From IMG/VR virus record IMGVR_UViG_3300033146_002435, positions 4,818 through 68,817 of that record: a DNA stretch of 64,000 nucleotides, one strand, 5' to 3'. Both the position numbers and the translations under genes were made by a program. Source of the DNA: a virus. The notes under the pieces were generated by a model. That model had not been told where the DNA came from and did not search any database. It saw only the letters and a list, made by a program, of their open reading frames with translations. This document shows positions 29,475-38,416 of this stretch, in pieces. The stretch's first letter is position 1; the number at the start of each line of letters is the position of its first letter.

Positions 29475-29671
29475 AGCACCTGACGCAAGTTAATGGTGAC
29501 GATTAGCACCTGACGCAAGTTAATGGTGACGATTAGCACCTGACGCAAGTTAATGGTGACGATTAGCACCTGATTCAAGTTAATGGTGACGATTAGCACC
29601 TGATTCAAGTTAAGGGTGACGATTAGCACCTGATTCAAGTTAATGGTGACGATTAGCACCTGATGCAAGTT
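29475..29671 (+). repeat. 30-bp tandem array, 6 full units + 17 nt (AGCACCTGACGCAAGTTAATGGTGACGATT)
   Basis: Exact period of 30 with few substitutions and no spacers; lies in the predicted 5' leader of the rightward transcript. Confidence 0.95.
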
Positions 29672-29723
29672 GATCCAAAAGCAGGGGTAGACAACCAAGA
29701 AATAAAATATTTAAGAGGCGTGT

Positions 29724-30155
29724 ATGAAAAAACTAATGGTCGGAGAGAAATCCGGAAAACTTACAGCAATCACAGGAGCCTATCGCAACGGAAAGAAACA
29801 CAATGTGCAGGATTGTGTATGCGATTGCGGAAATTTAATCACAAGGCGAGCTTACGATCTTGCAACCGGAAGAGTTCAATCCTGCGGTTGCATCAGCCGT
29901 GGCAAAAAGAAGGGGAAGCAAGTCTCTCCTACACCATCAAGCCAGGTCATCAAAATCCGCAAAGCATTAGACCATGCGATGACGGAGAACACCTATCTGA
30001 AGAGAGCCCTTGCAAGCATCCTGAGAGCCTACGATGTCCAGACCGAAGCATATCGAATCTCAGCCGAAACTCTGCGAATCCTGGACTCCAAAATGCCTTT
30101 GAGGTCACATTCGCACGATACATGCGATGCGTCCTTTGCATCACCCGAGGCTTAA
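29724..30155 (+). CDS. protein with HNH/AP2-endonuclease-associated N-terminal Cys domain; no nuclease domain seen
   Basis: GEKSGKLTAI...CVCDCGN...DLATGRVQSCGC followed by a coiled coil. Confidence 0.6.
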   Translation: MKKLMVGEKSGKLTAITGAYRNGKKHNVQDCVCDCGNLITRRAYDLATGRVQSCGCISRGKKKGKQVSPTPSSQVIKIRKALDHAMTENTYLKRALASILRAYDVQTEAYRISAETLRILDSKMPLRSHSHDTCDASFASPEA

Positions 30156-31415
30156 ATGACAACCCATCAGCCAAGGATACACCACCGCAAAACGATTTAC
30201 TGGTATAGAAATCAACTCGAAAAGCCTCATGCCTTTTTTGCACTCGATGAAGACCGCAAGGTGTATCTGTGCATGGTAGTGGCCTCGTACACCCCGATCG
30301 AGGGTGACGGGATACCTGACATTTTTTTGTGCAGGGAGATCGATAGAAACATTGTTCGACGCATTTACACGATGACGTTGAATGAGTTATCCTCATTCAT
30401 GCGGATGACATTCACACTCTACGCATTTGAGACGGACATTTGGACACCGAAGAATGTGGTGCTTCAACCGCTCATTTATAACAACATACCGGACTCATGG
30501 TGGGCTTCCTCTATGGAGGCTTTAGTTCAGAGGAAGGAGATGAGACTCATACGAAATGATCTTCGAACTAATTTGTTCACACTCACACCTCATCAGGAAT
30601 TTTGCACTGGATTCACAGCACCTTATGACGGTGCTACTGATTGGGAACTCTCCCACGGTATTTTCTGCTTCAACGTGAAGATGAGCCAGATCAAACCGGA
30701 CAAAGAAGAGGTTGCAGACCTTTTGAAAAGGTACATTAAATCTCAGATAGACTGCACGGGTAAAAAACCTTCCAAAAAAGACACCAAAGAACTGGCAGAA
30801 TTGGCCCGGGAGGAAGTCATTAAAAAAACAAGCCCCTGCTTCAAAACAATTCAAGTTATGGTGGATTTCAATAAAGAAGAGGTGTTCATCGCTTCCTCGT
30901 CACCTTCGGTTCTTGATAATGTCTCTGCGTACCTTCTCTCGACGTTAGGCTTCACGCTCCTGCCTACTCTTCCCACGGGGGATGCGGATGTATTAAAACG
31001 GTTTGCGAACCTTCACATTTCTACGTCCTCGCCTTTAATTCACATTGAAACGGAGAAGGGGGCAGTCAAGATGTTTCTCGATGAGGGGGAGATGCCTACG
31101 AAAATTTCAATTACGGGGTACATGGAAGATAGCCTGGAAGAGCGGTTAAAGGAAGGTTATGATCTTGTCCAGGCCAAGTGCCTCTGTGCGGAGAAGAATG
31201 CGATGTACACCTTCAACTTTGAGACGTTCACCATCATGAGCATGAGCATCCCGAAGGATCTCACAGACACGAAAAAGAATCATCCGGGTGAAGTGTTCTT
31301 AAATTCCTTTAACTTTGTGCGGGATCTGTATGATTCTCTCGATGTCACTTTTGAAGGTTACATGCACATGGACGGGGCAGATACATCAGGTGAGGAGGAT
31401 GACTTTGACTCGTAA
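30156..31415 (+). CDS. rdgC: RdgC-like recombination-associated protein with N-terminal extension
   Basis: C-terminal ~330 aa: KKDTKELAELAREEVIKK...VMVDF...IASSSPSVLD...LLSTLG matches the recalled RdgC pattern. Confidence 0.6.
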   Translation: MTTHQPRIHHRKTIYWYRNQLEKPHAFFALDEDRKVYLCMVVASYTPIEGDGIPDIFLCREIDRNIVRRIYTMTLNELSSFMRMTFTLYAFETDIWTPKNVVLQPLIYNNIPDSWWASSMEALVQRKEMRLIRNDLRTNLFTLTPHQEFCTGFTAPYDGATDWELSHGIFCFNVKMSQIKPDKEEVADLLKRYIKSQIDCTGKKPSKKDTKELAELAREEVIKKTSPCFKTIQVMVDFNKEEVFIASSSPSVLDNVSAYLLSTLGFTLLPTLPTGDADVLKRFANLHISTSSPLIHIETEKGAVKMFLDEGEMPTKISITGYMEDSLEERLKEGYDLVQAKCLCAEKNAMYTFNFETFTIMSMSIPKDLTDTKKNHPGEVFLNSFNFVRDLYDSLDVTFEGYMHMDGADTSGEEDDFDS

Positions 31416-31533
31416 ATTGAGAAATTCACCGGAGGCCCCGTTTGTAAAAAAAGCCTTTGAAGCAATCAGAAATTCTGGAAAGGCCATGAGAAGGCTTTCA
31501 ATAGCATCACACAAGATTAAGAAGGAGACACAC

Positions 31534-31791
31534 ATGCAATTTTTTTATTATTCAGTACCCGAGGAGTACGGGGATACACGTTTTGAAGTCGAATACTCTC
31601 ATGAGTATCCTATGTCAACAGAGGACGCTCTGGGACAAGCTGCTGAAGATTTTTTCTATAACGGGGAGGGGTTTAAAGATAAGGATAAGCCTTTGACTTT
31701 CATACTTTACGAGTCCGAGACTTCGTGTGAGTTAGCACGAGGCTTAATTAAACTGAATCTTATTCCCGCATTTAGAGTGACAGAACTATGA
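31534..31791 (+). CDS. hypothetical protein
   Basis: ATG 31534 with AAGGAG RBS (frame open from 31315). Confidence 0.6.
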   Translation: MQFFYYSVPEEYGDTRFEVEYSHEYPMSTEDALGQAAEDFFYNGEGFKDKDKPLTFILYESETSCELARGLIKLNLIPAFRVTEL

Positions 31792-32048
31792 GACCAAAAA
31801 CCAGTGTCCTCAGCGGATGTAAAAAGGGTTCAGGTAAGCAGGATGTGATTAAGCCTTGTGGCCATGAAGCGACGAAGGTATGGCTTGTGCAGTTCACAGG
31901 CCGTTACGACGAATCGGATCACGTTGAGTATATTTTTTACTCCGAGAAAGCTGCACGAAAGTGGATTGACAAACATAGAGACAAGCTCTCGAAAGAGTTT
32001 CCGTGCTACGTTCTTACGAGGTTTACTGAGATGGAGGTGTTAATGTGA
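31788..32048 (+). CDS. hypothetical protein
   Basis: Coupled small ORF. Confidence 0.55.
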   Translation: MRPKTSVLSGCKKGSGKQDVIKPCGHEATKVWLVQFTGRYDESDHVEYIFYSEKAARKWIDKHRDKLSKEFPCYVLTRFTEMEVLM

Positions 32049-32356
32049 AGAAAAGTAAAAAGAAACAAGCCGAAAAGATTAAACATCTTGAAGCAACAAA
32101 CGAAGTTTTAGGAGCAATAATCAAAGCGTATGGCAAAACATACGTTAAACAATCCGAAATAATCGAAACTTTTGCGGAAGCCATTGTGGAAAGATGTTCG
32201 TTCGAGGGGCCCTTTTACCATGATGTCCATTGCATTTTTTGCGATAATGTAGTTATGAAGAAAGAAGTTTCTACGGACGACGACTTTGTACACGCAAAAA
32301 ACTGTCCAGTCCCGTTGGCAAAGAAAATCTTAAAACGATTTGAAAATGAGGTTTGA
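32045..32356 (+). CDS. hypothetical protein (CxxC...HxxxC)
   Basis: GGAGG RBS; CIFC and HAKNC. Confidence 0.65.
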   Translation: MKKSKKKQAEKIKHLEATNEVLGAIIKAYGKTYVKQSEIIETFAEAIVERCSFEGPFYHDVHCIFCDNVVMKKEVSTDDDFVHAKNCPVPLAKKILKRFENEV

Positions 32357-32609
32357 GATGATTCAGTATAAGTGTGATGTATGCGGTAAAGTCAGCGTTA
32401 AACAGACTTACAGTATTGAGAGTACATACCGTCTTAAAGACGGTAGCTCAAAATGTATTTATGTTAATTTCAACTTAGACGGAGATGAACACACGCACCT
32501 GTGTTCCGACTGTATGGTGGGTATTCTCTGGAAAATGTGCGATAATGGCCCAGAGGAGGAAAACGATGACTCAAAAAATGATACTATCGAACAATTTTGC
32601 GGGTGTTGA
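32340..32609 (+). CDS. small zinc-finger protein
   Basis: CDVCG...HLCSDC. Confidence 0.65.
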   Translation: MKMRFEMIQYKCDVCGKVSVKQTYSIESTYRLKDGSSKCIYVNFNLDGDEHTHLCSDCMVGILWKMCDNGPEEENDDSKNDTIEQFCGC

Positions 32610-32994
32610 CATCACTTATTCTGAAGATGTGGACAGAGAAGTTGACGTAAACCTGTACAGGGCTCTCTCGGAGGCTTTATCTCACGCCGATGAATTGACC
32701 ACGTTCCCGCTGAAAACCATTCACATTTCGTGTGCCACGGATACCGTAGGTCACGATTATCCGAGCAGGCACGCCCAGGCTAAAGCCGTGGATATTTCTC
32801 GAATCAACGGGAAGAGAATGTCGGAGTATGCAATCAAAGACCCCGAGGTTGCCTCGCTTACTGCCTGGCTTCAGGCCACATTGCATCATGTCACATACGC
32901 TCGTGAGAACTACGGGCCTTTTGTCAAAGAAAAGTCTGGATCTCCCCGCAGTATCGGGGGTCACATGGATCACATTCACTTCAGCGTTGACTAG
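32566..32994 (+). CDS. peptidase M15/LAS-fold zinc peptidase, candidate endolysin
   Basis: SRHAQAKAVD (HxxxxxxD) and HMDHIHFS (HxH); ATG 32566 with GAGGAGG RBS. Confidence 0.7.
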   Translation: MTQKMILSNNFAGVDITYSEDVDREVDVNLYRALSEALSHADELTTFPLKTIHISCATDTVGHDYPSRHAQAKAVDISRINGKRMSEYAIKDPEVASLTAWLQATLHHVTYARENYGPFVKEKSGSPRSIGGHMDHIHFSVD

Positions 32995-33074
32995 ACATGG
33001 ATTCTACTTATCTTATAGAATGAAAGCACGGCGTAGACCGTGCTTTTGTATTATAGGATACTTCGGAGGTTCCC

Positions 33075-33497
33075 ATGAGTTCAAGTCCCGCTTTTGCGGC
33101 AACAGTTTTAAACGGTTCGGCTAAATTTGAAAATGCCGATGGTACGACTCTCAAAGCGTTGAATACTGCACTTGGCGGTACAGGCGGTTATCTCGAGTCG
33201 ATGTATATTACGAATGACGACACATCCGATGTGTTTGTGGGTATCTACCGGACGATCAGTTCCGTGGATTACCTTTTGCAGACGGTGTGTGTCCCCGCAG
33301 GGTCGGGCACAGAAGTTTCCGGGGATCACGTCGCAGCTCTTGATGTTCTCTCCCTTGGCATCTTTGGTTCATCGAGGAACAGCTATAATGAATTTGAGCT
33401 TCCTATGGATGACGCAATGATTATTAAAGTGGGTATGAACTCCGCAGTGGCATCCGGGAAGACCGTGTACGTGAACGCAGATTTTAAGGTTTACTAA
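33075..33497 (+). CDS. probable virion / tail-fibre-associated protein
   Basis: GGAGG RBS; beta-rich composition; precedes the fibre-like genes. Confidence 0.5.
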   Translation: MSSSPAFAATVLNGSAKFENADGTTLKALNTALGGTGGYLESMYITNDDTSDVFVGIYRTISSVDYLLQTVCVPAGSGTEVSGDHVAALDVLSLGIFGSSRNSYNEFELPMDDAMIIKVGMNSAVASGKTVYVNADFKVY

Positions 33498-33499
33498 TC

Positions 33500-34735
33500 A
33501 TGACGTATAAATTTGGGGATATGATCGACTTTCCGAAGACGGAACAGAAGAGAGTTCACATAGGTGATAACGAGTTCCTGAATTTGTCTGTCCGAAATGA
33601 AATGACTAAGTTGGAGTTTGCGAAGTGTACTGAACTCTTCGGGGAAAATAAGGGCCCCATCGGTGATGTGGGAAATTGGCACTCGAACCCAAATTGGCTC
33701 AACTATTACAACAAAAGAACTTTGTATTCCTCAGAGTTTCATCTTCAAAATTATGCACGTCAGCATAATTTTGCGTCAAATGGAAAGGCCGGGGGTGACC
33801 GTCTACTGTGCTACCTTGGGGACTCGACGACGTATGATGCGATTATTGGGAATTATGATGATTTATTCATCCATTACAACCTGCCCGCTGAAATGTATTC
33901 AGTGATGTACTACTCGCCTACGGATGAGTGGTTTTTTGGGGAGACAGGTAAGATACACACGATCAGTGATGCAAATTTAAAGGCCAGTGGATCACTTACC
34001 CAAATTGCGACGACTCCTGTGTCCGGGTTCACTCACGGGGTACTTGTTCTCTACCATGTGAAGAAAACGGGTACAATTATACATACCAGTTATTCTAACG
34101 AGATTGCCAGGTCAACAGACCACGGTGTTACCTGGACGGATGTCGGGGCCACGATCAATGGTAGGGGCCGGGGAATTGCGGAGGATGCAGCAGGGAATTT
34201 GGTTCTTATCACAAGTTCTGCGGACTCCTATAAATCGACGGATGACGGAGTTACATGGACTAAAATAACGGCTGACACATCGACAGGGACGAATAACTTT
34301 TATGTTGCGTGTAACCAGTCCACGGGCAGATTCATGATTTCAGGTGATGGTACAAATTTGTACACGATGGATGATATTACGAGCAATAAAAAACTTTTGT
34401 GTACCTTTCCATATAAGGTGCATAATGTTCAGTTTTTTAAAGGTGCGTGGTATGTAACACAGGATGCGAATGGTAAAGAAATGACTGAACCTGCGGGTTA
34501 CATGAGTTTTGACGATGGGGGGACATGGCTTCCGGTTAGCATTGAGTTTTTTGGTTTTATATATAATTCAGGCGGGGCAACGTGGGCCTACAACGACAAT
34601 GATGAGTACATGGTGATAAGTGCTCGTTACCTCGATGCGATGACGGTTGTGTCAGCCAACGATGGAAACTTTATAACACCACCCAGGTATTACTCAGATG
34701 ATCCCGGTAAAGTAAAACTATTTTGTGTGAGGTAA
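33500..34735 (+). CDS. Asp-box beta-propeller protein, putative receptor-binding/fibre protein 1
   Basis: STDHGVTW, STDDGVTW, SFDDGGTW. Confidence 0.7.
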   Translation: MTYKFGDMIDFPKTEQKRVHIGDNEFLNLSVRNEMTKLEFAKCTELFGENKGPIGDVGNWHSNPNWLNYYNKRTLYSSEFHLQNYARQHNFASNGKAGGDRLLCYLGDSTTYDAIIGNYDDLFIHYNLPAEMYSVMYYSPTDEWFFGETGKIHTISDANLKASGSLTQIATTPVSGFTHGVLVLYHVKKTGTIIHTSYSNEIARSTDHGVTWTDVGATINGRGRGIAEDAAGNLVLITSSADSYKSTDDGVTWTKITADTSTGTNNFYVACNQSTGRFMISGDGTNLYTMDDITSNKKLLCTFPYKVHNVQFFKGAWYVTQDANGKEMTEPAGYMSFDDGGTWLPVSIEFFGFIYNSGGATWAYNDNDEYMVISARYLDAMTVVSANDGNFITPPRYYSDDPGKVKLFCVR

Positions 34736-34738
34736 ACC

Positions 34739-36016
34739 ATGCGAACTTTGAATAAATTAAAGCACAGAATTGGGGATATTGTTTATATGCCTAAAGGCTC
34801 CGGGCGTGAAGTTCATAGGGGACGGCATACGTTCATCAATGCCTCTGTGTCTACCCGGTTAAAGGTTGGGGAGTACCCTGAATATTGTGCGTTAGTTGGA
34901 AAGCCCAGGTATGACAAGGTATCCGACGGTTGGTACAGAAACCCTAATTGGAATAATTTTAATGGTTTTATATTTTCATACGTGGGGGGATGGGATTTGC
35001 AGTCTTGGAGCAGGGAAGTCGTGGCATCAAATGGAAAGAAATACGGTGACTTTCTTCTCGTTATGCTGAGTGTAAATCCGGATGACGGGATTATGGTGGG
35101 CGATTATAATGCACATTTCACAAATGTTCAATTTGACCCGGAGGGTGAGGCGGGTTCGCTTACTTATGTTCCCGACACAGATTCATGGTTGTTCGGTGGG
35201 ACATCTGGTTCCCTTGGCAGAATTTTTTCAGTAACCGACAGTGATCTTCGGAAAGGTGTTTCTCCCACAGTTGTTTCGGGTACACCCATCTCAGGTTTTT
35301 CGGGCAGTGCAGGGATTATGCAATACATTAAGAAAACAGGCACAGTGATATGCACTAATGACACGGATGAACTGGCCAGGTCAGTTGATTTCGGCGTGAC
35401 CTGGCATCCTGTTACTGTGTCCACTTCGGGCATACCAAAGTGTATGGCTGAGGACACTGAGGGTAATCTTGTCATGGGTACAAATGGTGGCTACATATTG
35501 AAGAGTACGGATGACGGGCTTACCTGGGCTGCCGTCACTGAAACTACGTCGCTTACCCAAAATATAACTCGTGCAGACTGCAATCCGAATTCCGGAAAAT
35601 TTATGTTTGTGGATCGCTATAAAACGTCGCCCATTGTCATGGATGATATTACGGATGACGTTTACGTGGACACAAGCACCGTGTTTGCCGGAGCCATCCG
35701 GTCGGTGTGTTGGGTAGGTGGTGACACATGGTTCTACTCTATTGACATTGACAGTTTCAGTAAAACGAAGCCTATAATTTATAGGTCAGATGATGATGGT
35801 GTAACATGGTCAGAAATTACTCTCGGGGATACGGGTTATAGGGTGTATAACACTGAGGGTGATGGATTGTTTTTTGACGGTGTAGATAGATTGCTCAACG
35901 TGAGTGGGACTGTTGATGACTTCCAGTTTCTCAACATAAAAGACCTGGACTACGTTTATCTGAATGCAATCGCATCCGAAATAGATAGCATGGAAGCCTA
36001 CGTCTGCGTCAGGTGA
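34739..36016 (+). CDS. Asp-box beta-propeller protein, putative receptor-binding/fibre protein 2 (paralog)
   Basis: SVDFGVTW, STDDGLTW, SDDDGVTW; shares NPNW, ASNGK, KKTGT, MDDIT and C-terminal CVR with 33500-34735. Confidence 0.7.
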   Translation: MRTLNKLKHRIGDIVYMPKGSGREVHRGRHTFINASVSTRLKVGEYPEYCALVGKPRYDKVSDGWYRNPNWNNFNGFIFSYVGGWDLQSWSREVVASNGKKYGDFLLVMLSVNPDDGIMVGDYNAHFTNVQFDPEGEAGSLTYVPDTDSWLFGGTSGSLGRIFSVTDSDLRKGVSPTVVSGTPISGFSGSAGIMQYIKKTGTVICTNDTDELARSVDFGVTWHPVTVSTSGIPKCMAEDTEGNLVMGTNGGYILKSTDDGLTWAAVTETTSLTQNITRADCNPNSGKFMFVDRYKTSPIVMDDITDDVYVDTSTVFAGAIRSVCWVGGDTWFYSIDIDSFSKTKPIIYRSDDDGVTWSEITLGDTGYRVYNTEGDGLFFDGVDRLLNVSGTVDDFQFLNIKDLDYVYLNAIASEIDSMEAYVCVR

Positions 36017-36089
36017 TTGGCTTTACCTACCTCTCTGTGCTAAACTCGGTAATGTCACGTTGTGATAATAAAAGATAGGTGGGTGTAAT

Positions 36090-36506
36090 ATGTTGCACGA
36101 TGTAATCAATTTGGAAAAGGGTATTATTATCCTGAATTTGAAAAAAGTCGATATGAATGGAAAGGCCGTTGGGCCCGCACAGCGTGTCGGTTACAGTGTT
36201 GAACCAAAGAAACTTTTAAAAATATTAACGTCACTGGCCAAGAGCGGTGGACGCAGAACTCTCGAAAGACTCATTTTTTCAGCCAATGATGGCGGTCTTG
36301 TTATTGCAACGAGCAAAGGACATCAGATGTTTCCGGGTAATGCGAAAGAAATCATTTCTGGTTTCCTTGCGTCTATTGGTAAGCCAACCAAGCCAGTTGT
36401 CGATGAAAAAATGGACACTGAAGAGAAATCTGTTGCGGAAGTTAAAAAAACAGTTCGCAAGAAAATCACAAAAGGCATTCTTGCAAAAAAGCCTAAGAGT
36501 GAGTAA
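36090..36506 (+). CDS. basic hypothetical protein
   Basis: 138 aa, Lys-rich tail. Confidence 0.65.
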   Translation: MLHDVINLEKGIIILNLKKVDMNGKAVGPAQRVGYSVEPKKLLKILTSLAKSGGRRTLERLIFSANDGGLVIATSKGHQMFPGNAKEIISGFLASIGKPTKPVVDEKMDTEEKSVAEVKKTVRKKITKGILAKKPKSE

Positions 36507-36509
36507 ACT

Positions 36510-37292
36510 ATGTTTTCAGGAAAATCGGAGTTCAATGCGGGTGATGCGTACCAGGCAGCCAAGTTATGCGAATTTTCATATCTTAGCGAATTAGGTATTC
36601 GGTCACATGTAGGCCCCCACGAAAAATTTAAGTTCATATCGGTCAATGAGACACAGTGTTTCGTTATGGCCACAAGGGACGAGGTTGTAATCGTGTTCCG
36701 GGGTAGTCAGACTGCCGAGGACTGGAGCGTTGACTTTGATATTGAACTCCACAATACCCAATTTTGGGATGAAAAAGTGGGAGTTCATCAGGGCTTTCTT
36801 ACGGAGGCTCTTAATGTGTTCCCTACGTTGATCCAAACTTTATCCAAGTTTAACATGGACGACAAACCTGTTTACATTGTGGGCCATAGTTTGGGTGCAG
36901 CCCTTGCAGGTGTCATGACCATTTTGTTTGAGTCCGCAAGCATTCATACGAAGGCGACGTACTGCTTCGGAATGCCGAGAATAGGTGACAAGGACTTCAG
37001 CAGAATGTTTGACAACCATGTGGGAAAGCATGTATTCCGGGTTGTCAATCAGAATGATGTAGTGACTCGAGTTCCATTTCGTTCACTCGGCTACTCACAT
37101 GTAGGACAGTTGGTGTACATCGAGGATGATTACACCCTGAATCTACGTCCCGGGATCTGGCACATGATTCTCCAGAGGTTTAACCCTGGCGATGAGGGCA
37201 TCTTTGCCCTACTGAAAGATGGCGTTGACGATCACGATATAAAGTATTATGTTGAGGCCATGTTTAAAAACACGGAGGTGCGAATTGCGTAA
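36510..37292 (+). CDS. class 3 lipase (alpha/beta hydrolase)
   Basis: VFRGS, VHQGF, GHSLG nucleophile, FGMPRIG, NQNDVVTRVP, YSHVG, DDHDI. Confidence 0.92.
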   Translation: MFSGKSEFNAGDAYQAAKLCEFSYLSELGIRSHVGPHEKFKFISVNETQCFVMATRDEVVIVFRGSQTAEDWSVDFDIELHNTQFWDEKVGVHQGFLTEALNVFPTLIQTLSKFNMDDKPVYIVGHSLGAALAGVMTILFESASIHTKATYCFGMPRIGDKDFSRMFDNHVGKHVFRVVNQNDVVTRVPFRSLGYSHVGQLVYIEDDYTLNLRPGIWHMILQRFNPGDEGIFALLKDGVDDHDIKYYVEAMFKNTEVRIA

Positions 37293-37746
37293 GAAATTAT
37301 TGAGTTTGTTCGCCATTACCTTTATGGTGATGTCATGCAACATTTTTAAACCTGTGCAAGAGGATGTCGGAACAGCCGGGGCTGTCATAGCCGTTGCGGG
37401 GGAAACCAAGTTGATGAGTAAGAAGTTCGTGGATACCTTTTACGATGCTCAATCTGAACTCATTATTCACGATGTCAAGTTTAAAGGTATCACTGAGGAA
37501 GAAGCGTGGAAGCGTCAGAATAAATTGAACAGTCAATTATCTGACATTTATGTGATTCTCGATCAACTTCAGGATCTCGAAATCCTACTCCACAGTGCTG
37601 TTATGCTTAAACTACAGTACGAAAAAGAGGGCCTGGAACCTGATCAAAAGACGATGGATAGAATTGTTAAATACGGTAGTCAGATTGCGGTGCTCATCGC
37701 AAGGGCTGCCAATATTATGAATGAACTTAAAGGTGGTGACAAATGA
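37285..37746 (+). CDS. predicted lipoprotein
   Basis: TTG 37285 with GGAGG RBS; MRKKLLSLFAITFMVMSC lipobox; helical body. Confidence 0.7.
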   Translation: MRKKLLSLFAITFMVMSCNIFKPVQEDVGTAGAVIAVAGETKLMSKKFVDTFYDAQSELIIHDVKFKGITEEEAWKRQNKLNSQLSDIYVILDQLQDLEILLHSAVMLKLQYEKEGLEPDQKTMDRIVKYGSQIAVLIARAANIMNELKGGDK

Positions 37747-37958
37747 CTCCTGCGGAAATTACAGCATTGGCTCAGCTACTCGCACAGTTCACTCCTGTGG
37801 CTGTTGATCTTATAAAGAAGGTCACGACCCCGCAGGAGGCCACTGTTGCTTTTGCTGACATTGTGAAAGAAATTGATTTTGATTTTGAATACGTGAAGAA
37901 AGTTGATGAGGCAAACGCCAAGTTGACTGACGCACTGCAACATCGTGGAGGTGCGTGA
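37743..37958 (+). CDS. small helical hypothetical protein
   Basis: AAGGTGG RBS; coupled to the lipoprotein gene. Confidence 0.65.
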   Translation: MTPAEITALAQLLAQFTPVAVDLIKKVTTPQEATVAFADIVKEIDFDFEYVKKVDEANAKLTDALQHRGGA

Positions 37959-38289
37959 TGGGCAACGCTTATTTTCAGGGGATGTAGGTGGTGATGGGTC
38001 AGGTATTCACGCTTACACGACAACGATAGCTGCGGGTGTAATTGAAGAGATTGTTTTTTCAGAAGTTAAAAGTCTTCTTTTGGTTACGACTATCCTAAGT
38101 TCAGCGTCGAAACCTAACCGGTTACAGATTGCTACTGACTTTGACGGTACTGGAGCAACGTATGCGTCGGATATAGCACTCCAAGCGAAGACAACAAATT
38201 GTTTGTTAATGAATTGTAGTGTAAAGAAAGTTTCCCTTAGAAACTCTCATGGGACGGATAATATTACAGTTAATGTATTTGCTCTCTAG
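37945..38289 (+). CDS. hypothetical protein (start uncertain)
   Basis: Open frame; the best-placed ATG (37958) is out of frame. Confidence 0.5.
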   Translation: MEVRDGQRLFSGDVGGDGSGIHAYTTTIAAGVIEEIVFSEVKSLLLVTTILSSASKPNRLQIATDFDGTGATYASDIALQAKTTNCLLMNCSVKKVSLRNSHGTDNITVNVFAL

Positions 38290-38298
38290 TATTAACCA

Positions 38299-38327
38299 TT
38301 GACACAAGACTCATTTGAAGTTTTAAT
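38299..38327 (+). promoter_or_regulatory. sigma70-type promoter
   Basis: TTGACA-17 nt-TTTAAT upstream of an AGGAGG RBS. Confidence 0.6.
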
Positions 38328-38416
38328 AGAAGCAGGAGGTTGATTTTGGACTACTTAAACATGGCATTGGGCCTACACGATAAATCGACTCCTGCTAACT
38401 TCAAGAGAGGCAAACG

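Noticed and set aside
29475-29671. CRISPR array or coding repeat (ORF 29375-29698 minus)
   Set aside because: Units are contiguous with no unique spacers and no cas genes; the ORF is antisense to the promoter, although a period of 30 keeps it formally possible.
33500-36016. Diversity-generating retroelement acting on the fibre genes
   Set aside because: No reverse transcriptase and no template/variable repeat pair differing at adenines seen in the window.
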